Source of the DNA: an uncultured Terrabacter sp.
GTDB lineage: Bacteria > Actinomycetota > Actinomycetes > Actinomycetales > Dermatophilaceae
Assembly (NCBI GenBank): GCA_966081555.1
Contig: CBHRRQ010000001.1
Coordinates: 1 to 51,312, forward strand
Reading direction: 5' to 3'
Length of the DNA: 51,312 bases
A program made the translations under genes and the position numbers. Of the stretch, positions 17,994 through 27,246 are shown one piece after another; position 1 is the first letter of the stretch, and every line of letters starts with the position of its first letter. The notes under the pieces are model-generated. The model ran no database searches. It saw only the letters and a program-made list of their open reading frames with translations, and was not told where the DNA came from.

Positions 17994-19622
17994 ATGACAC
18001 GAACACGACTGGTGCGCCTGGTCATCGCCGCACTGGCGCTCGTCTTCTCCGGCATCGCCCTGGCCACTCCCGCCTGGGCGCACGCCGAGCTCGTCAGCAG
18101 CACCCCCGCGACCGGGACCCGGCTCGAGGCCCCGCCCCGGTCGGTCGAGCTGACCTTCACCGAGTCGGTCGACCTCGTCGACGGCGGCCTGCGCCTGCTC
18201 GACGCCGCCGGCGCGACCGTCGCCACCCCGGAGCCCGTCGCATCCGGGCGCACGGTCACGTGGCCGATGCCCTCCACCCTGGGCAGGGGTGCCTACGTCG
18301 TCACCTGGCGCGTCGTCTCCTCGGACGGGCACCCCGTCGACGGCGCCTTCACCTTCGGCGTCGGAGCGGCCCCGGCGGCCCTCCCCGACGCCGCCGGGGG
18401 CGCCTCGTCCGGACGCTCCTCGACGGCGCCGGCATACGTCGTCGTGGCCCGACTCGGCGGCTACCTCGCGCTCGCCGCCTTTGCTGGCGTCGCGGCCTTC
18501 CTGCTGTGGTGCGCGGGAGGGGCGAGGAACGACCCCACCCTGCAACGGATGGCCCGCGCGGGCATTGTCGGCGGCGCCTTCTTCGCACTGGCGAGCCTGC
18601 TCGCCCAGGGCCCGTATGCCGCCGGCCGCCCCTTCCTCGACCTGGTCGACCCGCAGCTGGTGCGCGACACGCTGGGCACCCCGTTCGGCGTCGCGACGGT
18701 CTGGAGGCTGGCGCTCTACGGCGTCCTCGCTGCCGTGGCCTGGCGGCTGCCGGCGATCACCGATGGCCTTCGGCGCCGGATCGTGCCCGTCGTCGTCGGG
18801 GGAGTGGCGGTGACGATCGCCGCGTCGGGCCACGGTGCGGCGTCCGGTTCCCCCGTCGACCTCGCCGTCGTGGCGGTGCACGCCGTCACCGCGGCGGTCT
18901 GGGTCGGCGGCCTGGTCGTCCTCGTGCTCGTGGGACGCTCCGTCGAGCGGCGGACGCTGCTCGACTTCTCGCGCCTCGCCATGGTCTCGGTGCTCGCCCT
19001 GGTCGCGACCGGCCTGCTCAATGCCCTCCAGCACGTGCACGCCCTCGAACAGCTCTTCCTCACCCGCTACGGGGCGCTGCTGTCAGCAAAGCTCGCGCTC
19101 GTGGCGGCCGCCCTGGCTGCGGCCGCCGTCTCCCGCCGGCGGTTGGGCCGCGGTGAGTCGCCGCTGCTCTCGGTGCGGAGCGAGGCCCTGCTGACGGTGT
19201 GGGTGCTGGCCGTCACCGCCGTCCTCGGCACGACGCCGCCGCCCACCGTCGCTGCCGCCGCGGCGAGCCCGCCCCCGGGAGCCACGGCCACCGCCGACGC
19301 CAACCGGCAGGTCACGATCTCCCTCGGCGACGGTCGTCGTGCCCTGCTCGCCGTCCTGCCCGCCACGACCCGGGGCAGCACGTTGCGGGTCCTCGTCACG
19401 ACGAGCACCGGGGCACCCGCCGACGTCCGGCAGGTGACCCTCAAGCTGGCCAACCCGAGCCGGGGCGTCGGCGCGATCCCGGTCCCACTCGCCGCGAAGG
19501 GGGGCTTCTGGGAGGCCCGCTACACCTTCCCCCTCAGTGGCACGTGGAAGGCCACCCTGACCGTCGAGGACCGGAGCCAGCGGGCCGTCGTCGCCGGCGG
19601 TGACGTCGTCGTGGCCCCCTGA
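17994..19622 (+). CDS. CopC/CopD fused copper resistance/uptake protein
   Basis: AWA|HAELVSSTP, WRVVSSDGHP (CopC); ASGH, VHAVTAAVWVGGL, YGALLSAKL (CopD). Confidence 0.93.
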   Translation: MTRTRLVRLVIAALALVFSGIALATPAWAHAELVSSTPATGTRLEAPPRSVELTFTESVDLVDGGLRLLDAAGATVATPEPVASGRTVTWPMPSTLGRGAYVVTWRVVSSDGHPVDGAFTFGVGAAPAALPDAAGGASSGRSSTAPAYVVVARLGGYLALAAFAGVAAFLLWCAGGARNDPTLQRMARAGIVGGAFFALASLLAQGPYAAGRPFLDLVDPQLVRDTLGTPFGVATVWRLALYGVLAAVAWRLPAITDGLRRRIVPVVVGGVAVTIAASGHGAASGSPVDLAVVAVHAVTAAVWVGGLVVLVLVGRSVERRTLLDFSRLAMVSVLALVATGLLNALQHVHALEQLFLTRYGALLSAKLALVAAALAAAAVSRRRLGRGESPLLSVRSEALLTVWVLAVTAVLGTTPPPTVAAAAASPPPGATATADANRQVTISLGDGRRALLAVLPATTRGSTLRVLVTTSTGAPADVRQVTLKLANPSRGVGAIPVPLAAKGGFWEARYTFPLSGTWKATLTVEDRSQRAVVAGGDVVVAP

Positions 19623-19965
19623 GCGCGAGTGTGCTGCCCCGTTCCACGCGGGCAGCGCTGCCGACTCCCTGCCCCTGGAGTCGGCAGCGCCCACCTCCAC
19701 CGGAGGGGCGCAGTCGCTGCCCGCAGCGCTCCTCGTCCGGTGGCCCTCACGCCCGTAGCGGTGCGGAGGCACAGACAACGGTGCCACGCGGTCGCTGCGC
19801 CGGCGGGGCAAATGCAGAAACCCCGGATGCGGTCACTTGCACCTTTCTTGGGACTTTCTTGCACCAATTCGGGCATTCGCGACGTAGTTCGCGATTGCGA
19901 CTGGTACACCTTGCACCAGCACCGGCGAGACCTCGACCGCCGACAGACCCGAGCAGGAGAAACGC

Positions 19966-20148
19966 ATGAGCTCACCGACGCTGGTCGACGACGACACCGC
20001 CGTGACGGCGATGACCGGCAGTGAGCGTGCAGCGATCATCGAGCGACTGACGCAGGCCTGCGCGACGAGCGTCGTGGCCCCCGTGCGCAGCCAGCGGCAC
20101 CGCGCCCGCCACACGGGCCGTTCGTCGGGCATGTGGCGCTGCCAGTGA
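19966..20148 (+). CDS. small hypothetical protein (60 aa)
   Basis: AGGAG RBS 6 nt upstream, GC3-rich codons, preceded by an AT-rich promoter-like region. Confidence 0.6.
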   Translation: MSSPTLVDDDTAVTAMTGSERAAIIERLTQACATSVVAPVRSQRHRARHTGRSSGMWRCQ

Positions 20149-20259
20149 CCCTCCGGGGCTGACACCCGCACGTCTCGCCACGTGCAGCCGTCAGCCCGTC
20201 CGGGCCCACCGGTCCCGTCCGAGGGGTGAGAGGGCGGTCCCAAGGGGTACGCCACCGGT

Positions 20260-21405
20260 ATGTCACCGACCCCAAGCGGCGACAGCCGCCAGCGCCCGAC
20301 CGCCAACGAGCCCGCTCCCGACCAGCCGGAGGGGACCGAGCCCCAGGAGCGGACCGACCCCCAGGAGCGGACCGACCTACGGGAGGGGGCCGACTCACGG
20401 GAGTCCGACTCACGACACGGGTCGGGGCCTCACACCGAGCCGGACTCGCCGAGCGACCTGTCCAAGCCGTCGCTGGTCGCCGTCGTCAAACGCGCCCGTC
20501 GTGAGTTCAAGCGGGACAACCTCACCGACCTGGCCGCGTCCCTGACCTACTACGGACTCCTGTCGATCGCGCCAGCCCTCGTCGTGCTCGTGGCGGCGCT
20601 CGGCCTGCTCGGCAAGGACGCCACCGCGCAGGTGGTCGACCAGGTGCAGGCGGTGGCGCCCGGCTCCAGCGCCGAGTTCGTGCGCACCCTCATCGCGCAG
20701 GCCCAGGCGAACCGCACGAGCGCGGGCCTCGGAGCAGTCGTCGGTCTGCTCGTCGCCCTGTGGTCCGCCTCGGGCTACGTATCGGCGTTCATGCGCGCCT
20801 CGAACGTCATCTACGACATCCCCGAGGGCCGGCCGATCTGGAAGACCATCCCCATCCGAGTGGGAGTGACCGTCTTCGCCGTCGTCGTCATGGTCGTCAG
20901 CGCCGTCATCGTCGTCGTGAGCGGCCCGGTGGCCCGGCAGATCGGGCAGCTGGTCGGCGCAGGCGACACGGGACTGACGCTCTGGAACGTGCTCAAGTGG
21001 CCGGTCCTGCTGCTCCTCGTGTCGGTGCTGTTCGCGGTGCTCTTCTGGGCGAGCCCCAACGCGCGGCAGGGCGGGGTGAAGTGGGTGAGCCCCGGCGGCA
21101 TCATCGCCGTGGTGATCTGGCTCGTCGTCTCGGGCCTGTTCGCGGTGTACGTGGCCTACTTCTCCTCGTACAACAAGACGTACGGCTCCCTGGCGGGGGT
21201 GGTCGTCTTCCTCGTCTGGCTGTGGCTGACCAACATCGCCATCCTGCTGGGAGCTGAGATCAACGCCGAGCTCGACCGTGGCCGTGCCATCGCGGCCGGG
21301 GTGCCCGAGGACCTCGAGCCGTTCGCGGAGCCCCGCGACACCCGCGCGATGTCCGACTACGACAAGGCGGCGGTGGAGGAGGCGGCCGGGCGCCGACCGC
21401 ACTGA
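20260..21405 (+). CDS. YihY/virulence factor BrkB family membrane protein
   Basis: LTDLAASLTYY, LWSASGY, YNKTYGSLAGVVVFLVWLWL...GAEINAE; GGGTAC at 20245-20250 just upstream. Confidence 0.95.
   Translation: MSPTPSGDSRQRPTANEPAPDQPEGTEPQERTDPQERTDLREGADSRESDSRHGSGPHTEPDSPSDLSKPSLVAVVKRARREFKRDNLTDLAASLTYYGLLSIAPALVVLVAALGLLGKDATAQVVDQVQAVAPGSSAEFVRTLIAQAQANRTSAGLGAVVGLLVALWSASGYVSAFMRASNVIYDIPEGRPIWKTIPIRVGVTVFAVVVMVVSAVIVVVSGPVARQIGQLVGAGDTGLTLWNVLKWPVLLLLVSVLFAVLFWASPNARQGGVKWVSPGGIIAVVIWLVVSGLFAVYVAYFSSYNKTYGSLAGVVVFLVWLWLTNIAILLGAEINAELDRGRAIAAGVPEDLEPFAEPRDTRAMSDYDKAAVEEAAGRRPH
20341..20376 (+). repeat. exact 18-bp tandem duplication in the YihY N-terminal tail (PQERTD x2)
   Basis: ccccaggagcggaccgac twice. 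Confidence 0.9.
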
Positions 21406-21765
21406 CTGCCGGTGCCGTCCTCAGGTCGTCCCTGCGTTCGCCGCTGCGTGACTCCCGGCACGCGAGCCTCGTTGTCCTGGAGGGGGCGACGGGAGGAGCT
21501 GACGATGCCGGACCACTGTTGCGGGGCGACGAGTCCCGCGGCGCGAGCCACCTGCTGGACGTGGCCCGCTGCGGAGCTGCAGCGCAGGGTGACGGGAGCC
21601 TCGCGCATCGGCCGGGCGCGCCGGCGCTCCGCCGGTGCTCCTCTCGGACCGCCGCTCGGCGGCTCGAAGCGGGGCGGTCCCGCTCCGGGGGCCTGACGGC
21701 CTCTGTGCCCGCGCCTGCGCGTGCTCGTCAGCGACAGCGTCGTCGACGTGTGGTCTGCTGTCGCC

Positions 21766-23709
21766 ATGGGCGATGCCGGGCTGAGCGGTGCCGCGAGGAC
21801 GGCGGCCGTCCTGCTGCTCCTGGGCCTCGGCGTCCTGCTCTCTGCGGTTGCTGCGTCTGCGACGGCGCCATCCCGCGTGACGGTGTCCGCGCGAGACAGC
21901 GAGCCGGCCGCGACGGGCGAGAACGCCGCGCAGCAGCTCGCCGAGCGCTACGCGCCGGTCGTCGTCGTCCGCACCCAGGCGCAGCCGTGCGGCGACGGAG
22001 AGCCGTTCCTGCCGATCCGCGTCGACGCGATGCTGGGCCGACCGGACGTCGTGCTGCACACGCCGCAGGGCGATGTGCGCGCCCCACGGGCGTCCGACCT
22101 GTACGCCGCCCCGGCAGGCTCCAACCTCGACCTGCCCGGTCGCGCGCTCTCCCCGCGCTGCGACTACGAGCGCTGGGCCGATACCCTCCAGCAGAAGGAG
22201 CGACCCACCGTCTACGCCCGCGTGGTGCCGCAGTCGGGCAGCGTCGTCCTCCAGTACTGGTTCTGGTGGGTCTACAACGACTGGAACGACCGCCACGAGG
22301 GCGACTGGGAGATGGTGCAGCTCGTCTTCGACGCGCCCGACGCTCCTGCAGCGCTGGCGCGCTCGCCCAGACAGGCGGCATACGCCCAGCACGAGGGCGC
22401 GGAGGTGGCCGACTGGTCCGACCGTGACAGGCTCGCGCTGCTCGACGGGCACCCCGTCGTCTATCCGGGCCAGGGGTCGCACGCCGCGTACTACACCCAA
22501 GCCGTCTGGTTCGGGCGCAGCGCCGCCACCGGTTTCGGCTGCGACGACACCACGGCGCCGGGAACCGCCGTCTCGCCCACGGTCGAGCTGCTGCCCGCCG
22601 ACGTGCCGCGCTCGGCCTCCGACCCGTACGCGTGGCTGGCCTACCAGGGGCGCTGGGGGCAGCGGGCGCCCGGTTTCAACAACGGGCCGACAGGCCCAGC
22701 GACCAAGCAGCAGTGGGACGCTCCCATCACCTGGGTCGAGCAGGAGGGTCGGCAGGGCGCCGTCGCGCTGCCTCCGGTCCCGGGCCTCGCCGCCGACGGG
22801 TTCTGCACGCTCGTCGCGGGCGGTTCGGTGCTGCTGCTGGCGGCTCTCGAGCGACCAGTGGTCGTCACCGTGGCCCTGCTGGCGCTGGTCCTGGCGGCGG
22901 TGGCGCTCGCCAGGTCGACGCGATGGCGCGGCGGCGACAGGCAGCAGCCGGATCGTGAGCGGCACACGGGTCAGATCCTCGTCGACGGGGTCGCCATCGC
23001 GCGCGGCCTCGGGCGTCAGCTGCTGCCGGCGAGTCTCGCGCTGTTCGTCGCGGGGGTCGTGGCGTCGTACGCGCGGCAGTGGTCGGTCAGGCCCGGTGTC
23101 GATGCCGGCATCACCGAGGTGAACGGCAGCCGCAACGCCTGGGTCACGGTGCCCGCGTCGGCGGTGGCGTGGTTCGTCCTCTTCGTCGTCCAGGCGGGCG
23201 TGGTCACCGTGGTGCTCGACCTGCTGGGGCAGCGCGCACGAGCGGTGCGACCCTCCTGGAGGGCGGCCGCGCGACGTCTCGTGGGGCAGCCCGCCCCGGC
23301 CGTGACCTACCTGCTCGGCGCGGTGGCGGTCACCCTCCTGTTCAGCAGCTTCTGGCTGGCTCCCGTCGGCCTCGTGCTGCTGTCGCTCTGGTGCGTGTCG
23401 TTCGTGGCCAGCAGCCTCGAACGGCTCGGTCCACGAGCGGCTTTCGCCCGCAGTGCCGCCCTGACCCGGACGCGCCGCCTGAAGTCGACGATGCTGGCGC
23501 TCGTGCTGCTCTACTCGGCGACGCTCTGCGGGCCGGTCGTCGGGGGCCTGCTGCTGCTCCTGACGGGTTGGCCCGTCGCGATGTGCAACGTCGTGGCCGC
23601 TGCCTGCACCGCCCTGCTCGTGCCGGTGCCCACGATCGGGATCGGCCTGCTCTTCTACGACCTGCGCCACGAGCACGATGCCGCCGAGATGACGGTGGTG
23701 CGTGGTTAG
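21766..23709 (+). CDS. membrane protein with an extracellular Vps62/NPP1-like domain and a multi-TM C-terminus
   Basis: Signal/TM segment, LAERYAP, QYWFWWVYNDWNDRHEGDWEMVQ, GSHAAY, WLAYQGRWG, then about 6 TM segments; start uncertain. Confidence 0.75.
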   Translation: MGDAGLSGAARTAAVLLLLGLGVLLSAVAASATAPSRVTVSARDSEPAATGENAAQQLAERYAPVVVVRTQAQPCGDGEPFLPIRVDAMLGRPDVVLHTPQGDVRAPRASDLYAAPAGSNLDLPGRALSPRCDYERWADTLQQKERPTVYARVVPQSGSVVLQYWFWWVYNDWNDRHEGDWEMVQLVFDAPDAPAALARSPRQAAYAQHEGAEVADWSDRDRLALLDGHPVVYPGQGSHAAYYTQAVWFGRSAATGFGCDDTTAPGTAVSPTVELLPADVPRSASDPYAWLAYQGRWGQRAPGFNNGPTGPATKQQWDAPITWVEQEGRQGAVALPPVPGLAADGFCTLVAGGSVLLLAALERPVVVTVALLALVLAAVALARSTRWRGGDRQQPDRERHTGQILVDGVAIARGLGRQLLPASLALFVAGVVASYARQWSVRPGVDAGITEVNGSRNAWVTVPASAVAWFVLFVVQAGVVTVVLDLLGQRARAVRPSWRAAARRLVGQPAPAVTYLLGAVAVTLLFSSFWLAPVGLVLLSLWCVSFVASSLERLGPRAAFARSAALTRTRRLKSTMLALVLLYSATLCGPVVGGLLLLLTGWPVAMCNVVAAACTALLVPVPTIGIGLLFYDLRHEHDAAEMTVVRG

Positions 23710-23717
23710 GTGGTCCC

Positions 23718-24371
23718 ATGCGCGTGACTCATCTCGGACATGCCTGCCTCCTCGTCGAGATCGCCGACCGACGCGTCCTCATCGACCCGGGCAACTTCTC
23801 CACCGGCTTCGAGCAGCTCACCGACCTCGACGCGATCTTCGTAACGCACAACCACCCCGACCACTTCGACCCCGACCGTGCCGCGGCCCTCGTCCGAGCC
23901 AACCCCTCGGCCAGCGTCCACACCGACCCGCTGACGGCCGAGAAGCTCCGCGCAGAGGGCCTCGCAGCCGTCCCCTCGCAGCAGGGCGAGGACTTCGCCG
24001 TCGGAGACGTGCGGGTGACTCCCGTTGGTGAGCTCCACGCGTTCAACCACCCCAACATGCCCCGCATCCCCAATGTCGGTGTCGTGCTCCGCGCCGACGG
24101 CGAGCCGTCGCTGTTCCACCCCGGTGACGCGTACGACGGCGAGCCCGGCGAGGTCGACGTGCTCGCCCATCCGCTCAACGCCCCGTGGGCGGCGAGCCGC
24201 GACTCGATCGCCTTCGTCGGGCGCATCGCGCCGAACGTGTTCATCCCCATCCACGACGCCCTGCTCAGCGACGTCGGGCACCGGATGTACTCCGGTCACA
24301 TCGAGCAGTTCGCGGGCGTCGACGGCCTGACCTACACCCCGCTGCGCGACGCCGAGTCGGCGACGTTCTGA
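23718..24371 (+). CDS. MBL-fold metallo-hydrolase
   Basis: HLGHACL, IDPG, THNHPDH, HPGD, PIHD. Confidence 0.93.
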   Translation: MRVTHLGHACLLVEIADRRVLIDPGNFSTGFEQLTDLDAIFVTHNHPDHFDPDRAAALVRANPSASVHTDPLTAEKLRAEGLAAVPSQQGEDFAVGDVRVTPVGELHAFNHPNMPRIPNVGVVLRADGEPSLFHPGDAYDGEPGEVDVLAHPLNAPWAASRDSIAFVGRIAPNVFIPIHDALLSDVGHRMYSGHIEQFAGVDGLTYTPLRDAESATF

Positions 24372-24390
24372 CGACCCGCCCGCGCCAGCC

Positions 24391-25197
24391 ATGCGTGTCA
24401 CGCCGGAATTTCCTGCGCCTCAAGGCAGCCCGAGCGAAGGTCCGGCCATCGCGATGCGCGGGCTAGGCAAGCGGTTCGATGACGTCGTCGCGGTCAAGGG
24501 GATCGACCTCGACGTCCCGCGAGGGTCGTTCTTCGGCCTGGTCGGACCCAACGGCGCGGGCAAGACGACGACGCTGTCCATGGTCACCGGGCTGCTGCGG
24601 CCCGACGCGGGGCAGGCCTTCGTGCTCGGCCACGACGTGTGGGCCGACCCCGTCGCCGCCAAGCGCCTCCTCGGCGTGCTGCCCGACGGGCTCCGGCTCT
24701 TCGACCGCCTCACCGGCCTGCAGCTCATCACGTATGCCGGGCTGCTGCGAGGCATGTCGCGTGAGGTCGCGTCGGAGCGGGCAGGCGAGCTGGTCGCGGC
24801 TCTGGGGCTGTCCGACGCGCAGGGCAAGCTCGTCGTCGACTACTCGGCCGGCATGACGAAGAAGGTCACGCTCGCCTCCGCGCTCGTTCACGGCCCGCGG
24901 GTGCTGGTCCTCGACGAGCCGTTCGAGGCCGTCGACCCGATCTCGGCCGCGACGATCCGTCACATCCTCTCCGACTACGTCGAGTCCGGAAGCACGGTCG
25001 TTCTCTCCAGCCACGTCATGGACCTCGTCGAGCGCACATGCACCCACGTGGCGGTCATCTCGGAGGGAGTGGTGCTCGCAGCGGGTGGGCTCGACGAGGT
25101 CCGCGGCGCGCAGTCCCTCGAGGAACGGTTCGTCGACCTCGTCGGCGGCTCGACCGAGGTGGTGGGGCTGTCGTGGTTGCGCACCTCGTCCGACTGA
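24391..25197 (+). CDS. ABC-2-type exporter ATP-binding protein
   Basis: GPNGAGKTT, YSAGMTKK, LDEPFE, SSH. Confidence 0.95.
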   Translation: MRVTPEFPAPQGSPSEGPAIAMRGLGKRFDDVVAVKGIDLDVPRGSFFGLVGPNGAGKTTTLSMVTGLLRPDAGQAFVLGHDVWADPVAAKRLLGVLPDGLRLFDRLTGLQLITYAGLLRGMSREVASERAGELVAALGLSDAQGKLVVDYSAGMTKKVTLASALVHGPRVLVLDEPFEAVDPISAATIRHILSDYVESGSTVVLSSHVMDLVERTCTHVAVISEGVVLAAGGLDEVRGAQSLEERFVDLVGGSTEVVGLSWLRTSSD

Positions 25198-26744
25198 AGC
25201 TGACCCTGCTGCGCAACATCTTCCGTCGCAGCCGCACTCAGGCCATCGGTGCCGTCGTGGGCATCGTCTACTTCTCCTTCCTCGTCGCGGGTCTCGCGCT
25301 GATCCTCGCCTCGTTCCGCGGCTCCCTCGATGCGGCGCAGGTGGTCGTCCCCCTCGCCGGTGCGGCCGGCACCGTCCTCTGGACGGTGCTGCCGCTGTTC
25401 TCCTTCGGTTCCGACCCGACCCTCGACCCGGGCCGGTTCGCCACGTTCGCCGTTCCCCAGCGCGACCTGGCCGTCGGCCTCGTCCTCGCGGCTCTGGTGA
25501 GCCTGCCGTCGATGGCGTCGACGGTGCTGGCTGCCGGAGTCGTCGTCGCCTGGTCGCAGACGGTGGCGTCGACGCTCGTGGCCGTGGCGTCGACGGCGGT
25601 CGGGCTCCTGACGGCGATCACGACGAGCCGCTGGGTCTGCGCGTCGCTCACCAACGCCCTCTCGAGCCGTCGGGGCCGCGACGTCGTGGCCGTGCTCGGC
25701 CTCGTCCTCTTCGGGCTCGTCGCGCCGGCGGCGGCGATCCTGGCCAACCTCGGTGGCGGGCTCGGTCCGGCCGCCCGTGCGGCAGCAGGAGTCGTCTCCT
25801 GGTCGCCGCTCGGGTGGGCGTGGGCGGCGCCGGGAGACGTGGCCGCAGGGCGACCGCTCGTCGGGGTCCTCCGCCTCGGCCTGGCCACGGGGCTGCTCGT
25901 CCTCGTGTTCGTGCTGTGGTCGCGCGTGCTGCGCGCGCAGGTGGAGAACCCGCGCGCCGTCTCGCGATCCGACTCCCGCGCCTCCGCCGGCGACGACCTC
26001 GGCCTGCTCGCCCGACTGCCCGGCACCCCGTCCGGTGCCGTCGCGGCGCGGGTCCTCACCTACTGGAGGCGCGACCCGCGCTACCAGACCAGCATGGGGA
26101 TGACGCCGGTGCTGCCTCTCGCGCTGCTCATCCCCTTCTTCGCGTCCGACCTGACGTGGCCGCCGCTGCTCATGGGCCCGCTCCTCGCCTTCCTCATCGG
26201 GTGGAGCGGGCACAACGCCGTGTCCTACGACTCCGACGCGCTGTGGCTGCACGTCGTGGCGGGTACCACCGGCACCGACGACCGCCGTGGGCGGGCCCTG
26301 CCCGACCTGCTGCTCGCTCTGGCCCTCGTCCCGGTCTATACGCTGGTCGGGGTGGGGGTCGGCGGCCGTTGGGACCTGACGCCCGCCGGGGCGGGCCTCT
26401 CGGTGGCGTTGCTCGGAGCAGGTCTGGGCGTCTCCAGCGTGATGAGCGTCGTGCTGCCCTATCCGCTGCCCGAGCCCGGCGCAAGCCCCTTCGGCACCCC
26501 GCCGGGCGCTGCGGGCATCGCGGTCGCGGCCCAGTCGATCGCCAGCGTTGCCACGCTCGTGCTGGCGTCCCCTGCAGTGCTGCTCGCCTGGGCTGCCTGG
26601 TCCGGCGTGGCCGCTGCGGCCTGGGTCGTGGTCGTCGTCGGCATCGGCGGGGGGTGTGCAGCTGCGGTCCTCGGCGTCAGGACGGGAGCCCGCATCTACG
26701 ACCGCCGGGCTCCGGAGCTGCTGTCGTCGCTCCGGCGTGCCTGA
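25173..26744 (+). CDS. ABC-2-type exporter permease
   Basis: VVAHLVRLKLTLLRN start overlapping the ATPase end, many TM segments, TLDPGRFA, YWRRDPRY. Confidence 0.88.
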   Translation: MVAHLVRLKLTLLRNIFRRSRTQAIGAVVGIVYFSFLVAGLALILASFRGSLDAAQVVVPLAGAAGTVLWTVLPLFSFGSDPTLDPGRFATFAVPQRDLAVGLVLAALVSLPSMASTVLAAGVVVAWSQTVASTLVAVASTAVGLLTAITTSRWVCASLTNALSSRRGRDVVAVLGLVLFGLVAPAAAILANLGGGLGPAARAAAGVVSWSPLGWAWAAPGDVAAGRPLVGVLRLGLATGLLVLVFVLWSRVLRAQVENPRAVSRSDSRASAGDDLGLLARLPGTPSGAVAARVLTYWRRDPRYQTSMGMTPVLPLALLIPFFASDLTWPPLLMGPLLAFLIGWSGHNAVSYDSDALWLHVVAGTTGTDDRRGRALPDLLLALALVPVYTLVGVGVGGRWDLTPAGAGLSVALLGAGLGVSSVMSVVLPYPLPEPGASPFGTPPGAAGIAVAAQSIASVATLVLASPAVLLAWAAWSGVAAAAWVVVVVGIGGGCAAAVLGVRTGARIYDRRAPELLSSLRRA

Positions 26745-26786
26745 GCTCGACCCCTTCGGGCGGCGGTCAGTCGCACAACGGCACCT

Positions 26787-26799
26787 AATGTCCGAATTG
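26787..26799 (+). promoter_or_regulatory. AT-rich 13-mer AATGTCCGAATTG, with a 12/13 inverted copy at 19865-19877
   Basis: Both copies are intergenic and lie in AT-rich promoter regions. Confidence 0.45.
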
Positions 26800-27246
26800 T
26801 TCACTCCTGCAGACGATCCGGCGCAACTCAGGCGAAGCAATTTTCTTGTTTCCCGTTGTCTGTGACGTGACTGGGAGCACACTGCTGAGCAGACAACAGC
26901 AAGGGAGGAACGGGGGACAGAGGGGCCTTGGGCTCCCTGGGGGAACGAGTCGCGGGGGCGACGCCCAGACCGTGAGCAGCCGTGGGGGAGACACGTGCGC
27001 ACGGACGATGGGCCATGCCATGCCGTTCCTCCAGGAACAGCCCGGGGAGTCATGCGTCGTCGGTTCGGCAGTGCCAGGCACAGCCGGACCACCGCACGTG
27101 ACACTGTGCCCTGCATGCCTCCCGTCGAGGGTCCTCGGTGCCGCATCACGCGGCACCCCGGACGGGGGGAATAGCCGACCCAGCTCGGCCACGCCCCAGG
27201 TGTGACCGGACGATGCCGTCCGGGGCGACATGGGCGGGGAGGGCCG

